Shown here: in pieces, positions 11,187 through 22,436 of the stretch | How the letters are laid out: each line of letters starts with the position of its first letter | Numbering within the stretch: the first letter of the stretch is position 1 | NCBI GenBank assembly: GCA_002269645.1 | Contig: NIVC01004519.1 | Coordinates: 1-43,461 of the forward strand | Length of the DNA: 43,461 nt | Origin: Macrostomum lignano | Taxonomy: Eukaryota | Direction of reading: 5' to 3' | Translations under genes and position numbers: made by a program | The notes under the pieces: generated by a model | Told to the model about the DNA's origin: nothing | The model's input: the letters and a program-made list of their open reading frames with translations, nothing else | The model's database searches: none

Positions 11187-11829
11187 CTGGCAACAAAGAA
11201 ATACACAGAATTATTTCGGGTTATTCGAGAGTCGATACCTCAAATAAAAAGTTATAAATTATTAATAAATTACTTAGAACTCTTGTGCACCACTAACTTC
11301 GATAAAAATCAATCGAGAACAAAAGTACAATTACCCGAAGAAGCACACCAGCATAGAAAATTCTTGAACACCATCATCAACTCCGTTTTCAAATGCATAG
11401 TTATACTTTACCTTATCGTGACACTTGCAGGAGCAGGATTCGCCAATATCGTACACACACGTGATTTCCTCTAACAAGTTTTAAGAAGTCAATTAGCTTT
11501 GTTTAAATCGAATGAAAAGTCGCGCCGATTTAAATGCTTATTATTCTAAGAATATGATAATATGTATATAATCACTACCCATAACTTCTTGACTTGTACT
11601 GATCGTCTAATGGGGTATTGTTCGTATCCCAATGATCAGGAGGAATTACTCAGATGCCAAGGCTCATGGGGTATTGCAAAGACATACGAATACGAGTAAT
11701 GGTGATGCAGACATAATCAAATTTAATCGAATGACACTTTTTGTCTTGGAAACAACAATTACTGGCAAGAAAAAATCATTTTAAGTTTTGTTAGAAAAAC
11801 TAAGAAACGCAAGCATTGTTTTTCAAGAC

Positions 11830-12007
11830 ACAAAGGGTCGCATGCGTGTACCCTTAATGGCACCAATTTTACAGCTTGTGTGAACTGAAGCAATTCAGAG
11901 TTAAGTGTCTTGCTCAAAGACCCAATTGTTCCAGTGGAATCGGGAATCGAACCCCCGACCTTCAAGTCGTGAGTCCGACGCTCTAACCACTAGGCTACAA
12001 CCCCTCC
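11830..12007 (-). mobile_element. tRNA-derived SINE with CORE (MIR-like) central domain
   Basis: Minus strand: GGAGGGGTTGTAGCCTAGTGGTTAGAGCG (A box) ... GGGTTCGATTCCCG (B box), then GTCTTTGAGCAAGACACTTAACTCTGAATTGCTTCAGTTCACACAAGCTGTAAAATTGG, resembling the CORE domain as recalled; 3' end approximate. Confidence 0.7.
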
Positions 12008-12283
12008 ACTAGGTTACAACCCCTCCACTACACTAGACTACAACCCCTACACTAGGCTACAACCCCTCCACTACACTAGACTAAAACCCCTACACTAGGC
12101 TACAACCCCTCCACTACACTAGACTACAACCCCTACACTAGGCTACAACCCTTCCACTACACTAGACTACAACCCCTACACTAGGCTACAACCCCTCCAT
12201 TACACTAGACTACAACCCCTCCACTACACTAGGATACAACCCCCCACTAGGCTACAACCCCCTCCACTAGGCTACAACCACTT
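12001..12283 (-). repeat. Tandem array of the SINE 5' end / A box (GGAGGGGTTGTAGCCTAGT variants)
   Basis: About 13 units of 17-24 bp continuous with, and matching, the first ~20 nt of the SINE. Confidence 0.9.
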
Positions 12284-12372
12284 GTGAGTTATACATAAGC
12301 AATAACTGCAATTACTGAAACACAAAATCAATAAACAAGCCAATATATAAAACAAATAGAAAGCTCACTCAC

Positions 12373-13204
12373 CTTGCAAAAAATCAATAAACCTCTCCAG
12401 ATCAGTGATTTGAGTCTTCAATTGCTCAACTAGCTGCTCTTTGACCTTAGCCGGGTGTACAATCTGCGTTACTGCGCTATCCAACGCTTGCTTCACCTCA
12501 TCCGCTGACAACTGCTTGTCAGTCGGCACTTCAACGTGCAGCTGGGAGCGCAGCGTCTCCATGACAACCCGATGCTGCTCGAGCTGCTGCAAAGTCGGCG
12601 GTCCATCGTATTGGCCCGTGTCGCAGGCGAATTTCTCCAGCTCATCCAGCTGAGAGCGCAGCTGACTGATGAGCTGCTGGCTGGGATCGCGCTGCGCCCC
12701 ACTAGGCAGCGAGCGAAGGTCCGGTACACCGCGTGAGCTGAACTCCTCCAACTGACGGAGCATCGCTTCGCGCTCCTCAGGCGGCGCGTCCAGCACCTGG
12801 GTGAGACGGAACTGCACCTGGGCAAAGTGAGAAGTCAGCGACATCAACGAGTTGGTGAGCTGCTCCTGCTCTTCGCGCAGGTTGCGCAGCTGGTCGCCGC
12901 TGTCCGAGGAGCAGGCGGCGGCGGTCACAACAGCGTCGGGGTTCGATGCGCCCAGCGGGGCCCAGCGCTCCAGCGGAGGCTCATCATCATCATCATCATC
13001 CTCATCATCATCGCCATCGTCTACGTCAGCAGCCGGCTGGTGAAAATACTTAACGCCGTTATTTCCAATCTTGTACTCATCTTCATTGCCTGGCTTTGCT
13101 GGCGAACCCTTTTTAGCAGTGAAACTTGCTTCACCGCTGTCAAGGTCTGCAGCTGTTGCTGCGGCCGCTGCAGGCTGGACACCAGAATTTAAGAGTTCCG
13201 TCAT
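12373..13204 (-). CDS. RUNDC1: RUNDC1 exon 1 (acidic tract, coiled coils)
   Basis: LREEQEQLTNSLMSLTSHFAQVQFRLTQV and VKEQLVEQLKTQITDLERFIDFLQ are RUNDC1 motifs; ATG at 13204; G|gtgagt donor. Five exons total 1971 nt (656 aa + stop) after the exon 4 correction. Confidence 0.92.
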
Positions 13205-13869
13205 GCTTTGCTAATTTAAAGACCACTTTGTTTATCTTTTGCTTCTGCCTGACTTCTGACAGGTGGTCAGAGATAGATACAGATCATAATAGTGCATTAA
13301 ACAGGTAGGGTATTGCATACTGTGACTAAACAGCGATTGTAGATAAATTTTTTAAAGCTTAATAAATTTTACATACTATACTTATTTATAATTCAGAAGT
13401 TCAGAATATACTTATATATTAAGCTTAAGGTAATGCCTGTCTCTTAGATACAATGGAACTTGGAAGCTTGTTCTCATTTTATTCAAAAAAGTAAGAAAGC
13501 CAGATTATTTACTCAATATCATTAATAGGCAGGCCAAACATAAATTCAGTCAATTTTTATTATTTGCTATTAATATACATTTTTCTAATATTGTCTTCTC
13601 AACTACTATAGCTATAGATATGTCTATAGGAAATTATGGATATGGAGGTTTTTAGATAGAGCATATAGATATAGATATGGTCCCAGGAGCACATAGTTCC
13701 CATATCTAGGCCACATGATAACTTAGAAGACTTGAAACTTTGAAATACTATTAGAGAAATTAATTTGATTGGTGGGGTAGAGTAGTAGAAAATGTTTAGA
13801 ACTAAATGAATATTGCCAGTTTCAAAGCTTTTGTGAGGTGACTTTCTGAGTCTCTGGTTGTTGAGATCT

Positions 13870-14025
13870 CAAGCAAGAAAAAGGAGGAGAAAGAGAAGAG
13901 GGGAGAGGGGAAAAAGGAGAGGAGAGGAAAGAGGGGAGAAGGAAAAGAAGAAAGAAAGGACAAGAGAAGAGGAAAAAGGGGAGAGAAAAGACAGAGAAAA
14001 GATCGAAAAGAGAAAACAGATAATA
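13870..14025 (+). repeat. Purine-rich (GA) low-complexity tract
   Basis: Almost exclusively A/G on the plus strand. Confidence 0.8.
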
Positions 14026-14520
14026 AATCATAAATCTATATTATCATAATCTAATAGTTATATACCATAAACCTACTATGCATGCATTAAAAAGGTTATG
14101 TTTAGTATATGCACTTATATACTTATATGTATTGATATTAAGTGGCATAAACTAGGCCTATTATTAAAAAGAAAAGATTGCCAACTGGGTATTACTAGTT
14201 GCTTTATAAAGCAACAAGCACAAGCATAGTCAATAATAAGATACTCTAAAAACCATTCCATTATATAATATATACCAAAAATATAAATGCATAAGGCAAA
14301 ATTTTAAATTTATAAGTGTACAAGTCTTAAATCATAATTATTTTATATTTGGGCTTATATAAAAAGAAATTTGATAAATTTTTATCATTTCTCTTATATA
14401 TGACTTATGTATTTTTTCTATGACTATAATAAAGTTTTTTTTTAAATAAAAAAGGTTTTTATAAAAAAATTGGCAAGATTAAAAATTCTTAATAATATAC
14501 ATTTTGTTTCAATTTATATA

Positions 14521-15882
14521 CTTTGGGTATGTCATAAGTAATGTCACTGTGGTTGTTGTGCAGAAACCCAAAGCCATAAGTATCCAAATATATTATATTC
14601 TGAAAGTAAATTTATTGAGAAGTTGCCACCACACCGGAGCAGCAATTTTGATGTCTATGGCCAAAACTGTTGCAAGAATTTGTTAATCAGATTTAGCTAG
14701 CACAATGCAATGAAAACTTCTTTTTGCAGCAAGCAAACCTCAACATGAATCACAACAAGATGCATATCCAGTTCTACACTTTTGCTTGCTTTAAGCTTGG
14801 AAAATCTGCAGCAGAAATAGAGGAGGATCTCTGGACCACAATGCCAGACAACTACCCAACTTGCAGGACAATTTACAGGTGGTTTCAGAACTTTACTGAT
14901 CCTGGGTTTGAATTGGGAGATGCTGCCAGATCTGGCCAACCATGTTCAACCAGGACAATAGAGAACATCAAAGTCATTAGTGACCTGGTCAAGGAAGACC
15001 CGCAACAGTCTATTAGGGAGCTAGCGGACTGCTTGGAGATTGATTTCAAGATAGTCCATTGTATCTTGACAGAGGATCTCCATCTCCAAAACATCTGCTT
15101 GGTCTGGGTGCCCTATGACCCCACTGTGGACCAACATCAGGCCCATGTGAACTGCACCAAGCAGATCTGCAAGGTGTTTAGCAGCCAGGACTTGGATGAC
15201 ATCCTAAACTGCCTAGTTGTTGAGGATAAGACCTGGCTCCATCTAGATGGCAAAAGCAGCAAGGCAGACAATTGCTATGGCTAGGAGCTGAGGACTCAAG
15301 GCTAACAGTGACCAGGAGGTCTATCTCAGACAAGAAGACAATGCTGCTGGTGGCATTCATGCCAAACAAACGAGTCTCCATCTGTAAAACTCTGCCCAAC
15401 ACAAAGGTTGATGGCCAGTACTTCATCGAATTTGTCTGACACACTGGGACCTCTGGCACATGCTCCGGTCAAACCCAATTCATCTGAACGAAGTGCTGTG
15501 GCAGATGGACAATGCATAGCTGCACACCTATCAGGCTGTTTCAAATTTCTAGCTGGATAGTGAGTGAATCTATGCTAGCAGAGTCCCTATAGCCCAGACT
15601 TCAACTTGTGCGACAGGTTCCTCTTCAAATGGCTGAAGGCTGACTTTTCCCAAAGAAGTTTCGCAAACCATGAGGAGGTCAAAAAAGCCACATTGCACTG
15701 GTTCCAACAGCTGGAGTAAAAACACCTATAGGCTAAGGTGGAGAAGCTTTATGAGCATTGCCAGAGGGTGATTGATATTGGGGGACACTATGTTGTTGAT
15801 TGATACAGTTTTGTTTATCTGCAATTGTTATTGTTAGTTGGTCTGTTTTCCCTTAGTGACATTACTTATGACATACCCAAAG
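14521..15882 (+). mobile_element. Tc1/mariner (mariner, D34D-type) DNA transposon, full length but decayed
   Basis: Perfect 28-bp TIRs CTTTGGGTATGTCATAAGTAATGTCACT (14521-14548 and 15855-15882), flanking TA duplications, 1362 bp. Confidence 0.95.
14745..15803 (+). pseudogene. Mariner transposase pseudogene
   Basis: LGKSAAEI HTH region, WVPYD, VVEDKTW, QMDNA and SPYSPDFNLCD motifs spread over different frames, with stops. Confidence 0.9.
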
Positions 15883-16224
15883 TAAATGGTAATGTATATA
15901 ATGTAATTTAAAGATTTCCATTTGCTAAATTTAACATTTAATATATTTTTATGAATCATGCATGATGGAACTAATATTAATAATAGAAATGGTAAAATAC
16001 ACTATCACAAAACTAATGTTTTAGCAAATTCAAAAAAGTATACAAAAGCAACAAAGTTAAAAGCAAAAAAGAGATAAAATTAACAAACAGATAGAATAGA
16101 GACAAGGGTGGCTAGACAGTTTCATTGTATATAGCATAATATCAAAGCCCAGAGGCTAGAGGCAGTCTTCCCAATATACTGAATACCATATATGGTCATT
16201 TTTTGAGGAGCCGCTACATTGTCA

Positions 16225-17010
16225 CACTTTGCTATTTCTGAATTAAAATTGCATAGCTGCTTTATGCATGTCTCTACTTTAAAAAGACACATTAGACATA
16301 CACAAAGATGCTTCAAAAGCTTAGATATTCCCAAGCAATGGTTGTTACGACATTTTCTAAATATACTGAATGCTATTTGATGTTGCTGTTTGAATCATAT
16401 AACCATTTTTTTCAGAAACTGTGCTCTTTCTGTGTGAAAATTGCACTGCTGCTTTATGTATGCCTTGCTGTAAAAAGACACATTAAAGACCAAAAAGACA
16501 CTTCACAAGCTGAGGTATTCTTTAGCAACTAATACATCTGTGGAAGGGCCTATACACTGGTAATTTATAAAGCTTAGAGAATTCCAAAATTTTGATTTTA
16601 TTTTCCAAAATTGAATTTTTAGAGAGCAAATTTCAATTTTTAAAAAAAAAAAGAAGTCAAAATTTTGAAGTGTCTAAAAAAGTCACTAAAAATAAACTAA
16701 TTTCTGCTACATATACATGTAGCTCGTATTTTGTTTTGCATAAGCAGTAAATTGAAAGTAAAAAAGTGAGTGTTGGTCATACTAAACTTTGTTTTTCTGA
16801 ATTTTGATTTCGACAAAACAGAACATCTCTAATAATCATAAAGAGTGGTAAAATAGTTTGACTCTTTCCTAAAATGCACATTCGCAGGTTTTCAACATTT
16901 ATTCCAATAGGGGTAACAACTGTTGCTAGGGAATATCTCAGCTTGTGGAGCATCTTTGTGTGTGTCTGATGTGTCTTTCTAAAGCAGAGACATGCATAAA
17001 AAAAGTCAAA
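16225..17010. repeat. Three diverged copies of a ~100-bp sequence (two plus at ~16262 and ~16450, one minus at ~16905-17010); probable DNA transposon remnant
   Basis: Shared TTTATGCATGTCTCT...AAAGACACAT...AAAGATGCT...AAGCT(G/T)AGATATTCCC.AGCAA core. Confidence 0.55.
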
Positions 17011-17708
17011 AAAATTACATTGTCTTGCATATTAAATAGACAATTTTGTTAAACATTTACTGAACAATTTCTGAATGTCTATCTGAATGTCTGTCGGGAA
17101 ACCAATACATAAAGGTCATTTATTGTTGCAATACCATCCTAAATTTAGGATTGTGGGTATATACTTGAAATTCTTTGGCATGAATTTATAACTATTCCAT
17201 TTTTGTTCAGGCATATACCCAGCATGATCTGGACTATGGCATTACAAGTATAGGCCAAGTTAGATACAACTTTAAAAACTTGCAATAGGCCTATTCTTAT
17301 CAATCTTGTCAATTAAAACATACCATTCAATCATTAATTATATGCATATAATGAAAAAAATTATCTTTCATATCTTCTCTGCCACTGCTATTTTTTATTT
17401 TAGGAAATTGGTTGTCAAAAAATTACACAATCTCAAGATACTGATAGTTTAGATAGTCAAATATATAGAGAGCATTCGCCACCCACAGGCCTTGGTCTAT
17501 GATGTTTCACACCTGCTTCCTTTCTCCTAAGCAGGCATGGCTGGAGATCTCCATGCTGCACTACTAGCCAACCCAGGGATACACACCCTGTGGGTGTTCA
17601 AGGTGAACCCTAGGGCCACTGGACAAATTGGGCAATAGTGCCAGTCATTCTTCTGGGGCTTTGGCCTTGGCCAAGCCACTTAGGGTATGGGTTTTCCTAG
17701 TGCGCTTA

Positions 17709-17990
17709 CCTGTGCACTATCAGGTGCCTCTGGCTACGGCTTTGAGGTAGAGGTGTTACTCTTTGACCTTACAGGGTATGCACCCAGTCTGCAGGTTTGT
17801 ATACCTATGCGCTATCAGGTGCCTCTGGCTACAGCTTTGTGGTAGAGGTGTTACCCTTTGACCTTATAGGGTATGTGGCCAGTTCGCAGTTTTGGGTACC
17901 TGTGTGCTATCAGGTGCCTTTGGCTATGGCTTTGAGGTAGAGGTGTTGACCATAAAGGGTATGCGGCCAGTCCACAGGCTTTTGCACAGC
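17709..17990 (+). repeat. Three ~95-bp tandem repeats in the 5' region of the LINE
   Basis: Units start at 17709, 17804 and 17899 (CCTGTGCACTATCAGGTGCCTCTGGCTACGGCTTTGAGGTAGAGGTGTT...). Confidence 0.85.
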
Positions 17991-18049
17991 CAAAAGTGCA
18001 CTCCAAGCCTTTGGTGTCTGCCACACCCATGGGCTCTTAGCTAGGAAGT

Positions 18050-19300
18050 AGTCCAGTCGTGAGCTTCTCTCTTTTCTTCATTAACCTCTCTTCTTTTCTT
18101 GCTTCCAGCTATGGCCTTTTCTGCCATTTCACATGAAGCTGGGCTGACCCCAGCTGCTTGGCATGTTGCCCAAGGCAGCTCCAACTCTGTCCTGCCTAGC
18201 CCAACTAGTGGGGACAAGACCAATACCACTGCTGGTGCCGCCGATAGTAAGTCAAATGCAAGGCACAAGCAAAACTGCCATTGCGGCCATTCTGCTGAAG
18301 CCAAACGCAACCACAATGCAGGTAAAATTGAGCAGCGGCGACAAAAAGCTGCTGTAGACATGGTGGCACAGTTGGCTGGTGGTGCTGCGTCGGAGGAGCC
18401 CTATGGTGAGGATGGGGCCGCGGTGCAGCCAAAAGACTGCCGCTGGCTCTGCCTCTTTCAAGGACATCTCAGCCCCCTAGCATGCCACCAATTAGGCTAT
18501 ACTAGCCAAGCCCTTGGGAACCGCCACATCTACCACCACCAAGACCAATACCAAGGAGAGCTATGCCTCCAAGGCTCAATGGGTTGCACTCCCACTAGCC
18601 ACCATCATTCTCAGTGAGGAGTGAAACCTTATGGCCACCAAGCTTGACATTGCCTGGCGTACCATTGATGCTGAGCTCATTGACCTCACCATGGAGGGCA
18701 TCTCAGTGGAGGTGGTCAAATCAGCCAAGACTGGCAGCTACATTTTGCTCTGGTGCTCATTGGAAGAAAGCAGCCACTGGCTCCGCAAGCTACTTCCCTG
18801 CCACAAGTGGAAGAAGGAGCTCCCTAAACTCTTTTTTGCCTTTGAAGGAGAAAGCAAGAGGACCCAACGCTTTTCTGTATTTGGATCCCAGCCATGAGCG
18901 CCATTAAGTCCAGGGAGCAGCTGAGGCTTTTCATGCTCAAGTGCTTCACTGACCTTAATGCCAGTGAGCTTTACTGCCATGGCTCTGCCTAGAAAGGTGC
19001 AGAGGTCTTTACAGTGATCATGGGGCTCTCTGACAAATGGTCTATGCGGGTTCCGCATAAGACCACCATCTACATTGGCCTGCATCAGCTGACTTTCCTC
19101 TGATGCAAGGAAGGTAAGGCTGAAGCTAAGCTGACTAATCACATCCACCTCCTAAAGGAAAGGATGCGGCTATCCAAGACCTGCGGTCAGTGGATTCCAC
19201 CCTAATAAGGCAGTTTGCACTGCCAAATCCACCCGCGCTATTGCAAACCTGCCCGCAGCACTTGCAAGTCATGCCTGGTTTAGTGTGAGCTGGCGCAGGC
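18050..19300 (+). pseudogene. LINE ORF1 (gag-like) remnant
   Basis: Broken plus-strand frames (e.g. ...LLWCSLEESSHWLRKLL...; ...VIMGLSDKW...IYIGLHQLTFL) positioned between the 5' repeats and the endonuclease; assignment partly positional. Confidence 0.45.
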
Positions 19301-19715
19301 CTGCAACCTCAGTGAACACCTGGAGTGTCAATGCGCCAAAAAGACCCTCCTTAAACAAGATTGTATGGGTCCAGAAGTAATGGTATAGCACGTACTGACT
19401 AGGCTGAGGAATCTGACCATTAGGCAGAAACTGCCGCCTACCATAACCTGCCCATTGGCTCAGTTTAGGACTCCCCCTAAACTCTAATCCCCCTAATCCC
19501 CCTAAAGTCCATGCTGCAACATAGGATGAGGAAGGTGAAGCCAAGCAGTCCAGGCTTTCACCAGCCACAGGCACCACCAACTTCTCCGCGCTGCACGCTG
19601 TGGATGATGAGGAGCCTATGGAGGTCAGCAGACACTATTTCAGAAGAGATGTTAGAGGAGCTGCTATGTGAATCCCCAAGCAACTAGCCATGCCTAGTAA
19701 TGCTACAGGGGTCGA

Positions 19716-20960
19716 ATGTCTGCAGATAATTCTGCAACACAGCATTGCATCTTTGGTGAACCTCATGAGGCAGCCGAGCGTAACAAGCCAGGTCTCATCC
19801 TAGTCCAAAAACCTTGGACTGTTAAAGGAAGGCCCCAACATGTATCTGGTAGGTATCAGTGTTTTAGCACATGCCCAAGAGAAAGAACACCGCCACCTAG
19901 AGCTTGCATCTACATGGTGAAGTCATTCAATGCTTGGCTCAGAGGAGACCTTTCAAATGGGGACCTTTGCGTCATTCAAATAGAAAACCTCCTACCAGGA
20001 AAGACGGCCCTGATTGCCTCAGTTTATTTACTGGGCAACAAGGCTGTTGTCTCGGAAGAGCTTATCTTACTAGTAGAATTCTATTCTACCAGAGACTACG
20101 AGCTAATGGTTGCTGGCGCTCAACCTCTGTCTTTGATTCAAGGTCATTCTTCCTTCCCAAGAGGAGGCAAACAACCACTACAATCCACAGGAGGTCCATT
20201 GCTACATAGACGGATCCCTAAAAAATGGTCTCTTTAGCTTTGGGGTCTAAATTCTCATCAATGGCCACATTCTTGCCATGCATGCCCAGCACACTAGAAG
20301 ACTCTTTACTGTCTTCCAGAACGAGGTCCTTGCTATTAGCTCTTACACTGTGAGCTTTGCAGCAAAAACAAAACACCTCTGGTAAAACTATCGTTTTTCA
20401 CTTTGATAGCCAGGCGGCTCTGCTAGCTCTCTGTCATACCACTATGGCCTCTTGGACAGTCTCTAAAGTTCTGCATCCGGATGCTCAATACACTGGGATG
20501 CAAAAATGCTATCTAGCTCAAATGGATCCAAGGCCATGCAGGTTTCCTTGGAAATGAGCTGGCCAACTTGCTTGCAAAGCAAGGGAGCGGCAGCTCCCTT
20601 TAGGGACCTCTGCCCTTGGCTCTAATCCCTGGGGCCACTATCAATCATAGCATTGATGCCTAGGCCTTGCCCTACATAGGGACAAATAGATGAACCTGAC
20701 CACCTGCCGCCAATAGCATGTGGCAATCCCTCATCTATCCCGAAAGTTCCGAACTGTCCTGAACCAAAGCAGGAAGGACATCGAGCTCTTGCTATGACCC
20801 TCATGGTTCATGGTTGCTTTGCTAGGAACTGCTTTCTTGAGGGCGAAATCCAGAATGAGCTGTGCCCATTTTGTGAGTACGACAACTAAGATGCTCAGCA
20901 TTTTGTTTGTCAATGCCCATTCTTCACCAGGGAGTGGCTTAACCACCTCGGTCCAAACCC
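19716..20960 (+). pseudogene. LINE ORF2 remnant: N-terminal half of APE endonuclease fused to RNase H and a C-terminal CCHC zinc motif
   Basis: LILVQKPW, RACIY, IASVYL (endonuclease); CYIDGS, FTVFQNEVLAI, FDSQAALLAL, WIQGHAGFLGNELANLLAK (RNase H); CPFC...HFVCQCP. Confidence 0.85.
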
Positions 20961-20990
20961 ATCTATCAATGATATTTGCAGACCTGAGAA

Positions 20991-21640
20991 TAGTGTTCTA
21001 CCATAAGGAGGTACCATGTACCATAGCCATAGCCATAAGCAATACTATGGCTTATTCCAATTCTCTGTATTCTATAGACGTAGGGACCCCAATATTACCA
21101 TATTCCCATAGTTCCCATAGCCATAGCTGTAGTCTTAACAAAAAGTCTAGAAAACAAAATATTTTGAATCAAGAAGATAACCTAGTGCTTAAAAAACTGC
21201 AAATTAAGTTAGAAAATAAAAGAAACACTCAATTGCCTTTAAGATTACATTTCGTCTTTTTTCAGAGCAACAATACTTAATTGTTACTGAAAGTACTAAT
21301 GCTGAGCTTTTTCACATTAATAAAAATTAGTTTGCTAGTGTTTTACTGTACTTTTTAGGTATTTTTAAAAGTTTCTAAGTTGATAATATAGTTTACTAAA
21401 AGTATATTTGTTTTTACTCTACCTATTTCTAATATTTTTTTCATTTTTTTAACATTAATAACTATGGCTATGGCTACAGGAATCTACGGAATGTGACAAC
21501 AACTACCATATTTCTATAGTTAGTTGTAGCCATAAGAGTAGCTAGCTACTGTAGGCATATCCGTAGCTGTCGTAGGCACCTATTTTATCATATTTGCCAT
21601 AGAATCCCGTAGCCATAGCTATGGCTATGGCGGAACACTA
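20991..21640 (+). mobile_element. hAT-type MITE, copy A (650 bp)
   Basis: TIRs TAGTGTTC(T/C)(A/G)CCATA; exact 8-bp TSD CCTGAGAA at 20983-20990 and 21641-21648. Confidence 0.92.
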
Positions 21641-21788
21641 CCTGAGAATATCTCATAGCTCCTCTGGTTCTTTTGGGCAACTAGACGAGCCTCTTTCTTT
21701 CCAAACAAAGAGAATGCTGCAGGACATACTGGTGGACTACCCTGACTGGCCCTGCGCATTTGCCAAAGTGGGTCACTATGGTTTAGCA

Positions 21789-22436
21789 TAGTGTTCCGCC
21801 ATAGCCATAGCCTATGGGATCCTACAGCAAATATGGTAAAATAGGTGCCTATGGCAGCTATGGATATGCCTACAGTAGCTAGCTACTCTTATGGCTAGAA
21901 CTATGGAAATATGGTAGTTGCTGTCACATTCCGTAGATTGCCATAGGCGTAGCCGTAGTTATTAATGTTAAAAATTGAAAAAATATTAGAAACAGGTAGA
22001 GTAAAACAAAGATACTTTTATTAAACTATATTATCAACCTAGAAACTTATAAAATATACCTAAAAAATTACAATAAAACACTAGCGAACTCTAATTTTTA
22101 TTAATGTGAAAAAGTTTAGTATTAGTACTTTCAATAACGATTAAGTATTGTTGCTCTGAAAAAAAGATGAAATATGCTTGTATAATCTTACAAAGACAAT
22201 TTAAGTGTTTCTTTTATTTTCTAATTTAATTTGCAGTTGTTTAAGCACTAGGTTATCTTCTTGATTCAAAATATTTTGTTTTTTAGACTTTTTGTTAAAA
22301 CTATGGCTATGGGAACTATAGGATGGGAATATGATAATTTCGGGGGTCCGTATGGCTACAGAATACGGAGAATTGGAGTAAGCCATAGTTTTGCTTACGG
22401 CTACGGTACATGGACCCTCCTTATGGCGGAACACTA
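21789..22436 (-). mobile_element. hAT-type MITE, copy B (648 bp), inverted relative to A
   Basis: TIRs TAGTGTTCCGCCATA; TSD GTTTAGCA / GTTTAGCG; body is the reverse complement of copy A with many substitutions. Confidence 0.92.

Noticed and set aside
11100-11474. 124-aa plus-strand ORF in RUNDC1 intron 1
   Set aside because: No recognisable motif, AT-rich, and overlaps exon 2 antisense
11635-11675. Short match to the CTGAGATGTCAAGG repeat family
   Set aside because: Single ~35-bp degenerate match, too short to support a separate element
7473-13192. Plus-strand and alternative-frame ORFs overlapping RUNDC1 exons (e.g. 7473-7676, 8813-9019, 12441-12653, 12827-13192)
   Set aside because: Shadows of GC-rich coding exons; no independent motifs
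13822-14049. K/E/R-rich and F/S/L-rich ORFs
   Set aside because: Translation of a GA low-complexity tract
18738-19580. Minus-strand ORFs 18738-19148 and 19269-19580
   Set aside because: Antisense to the plus-strand LINE; no domain recognised
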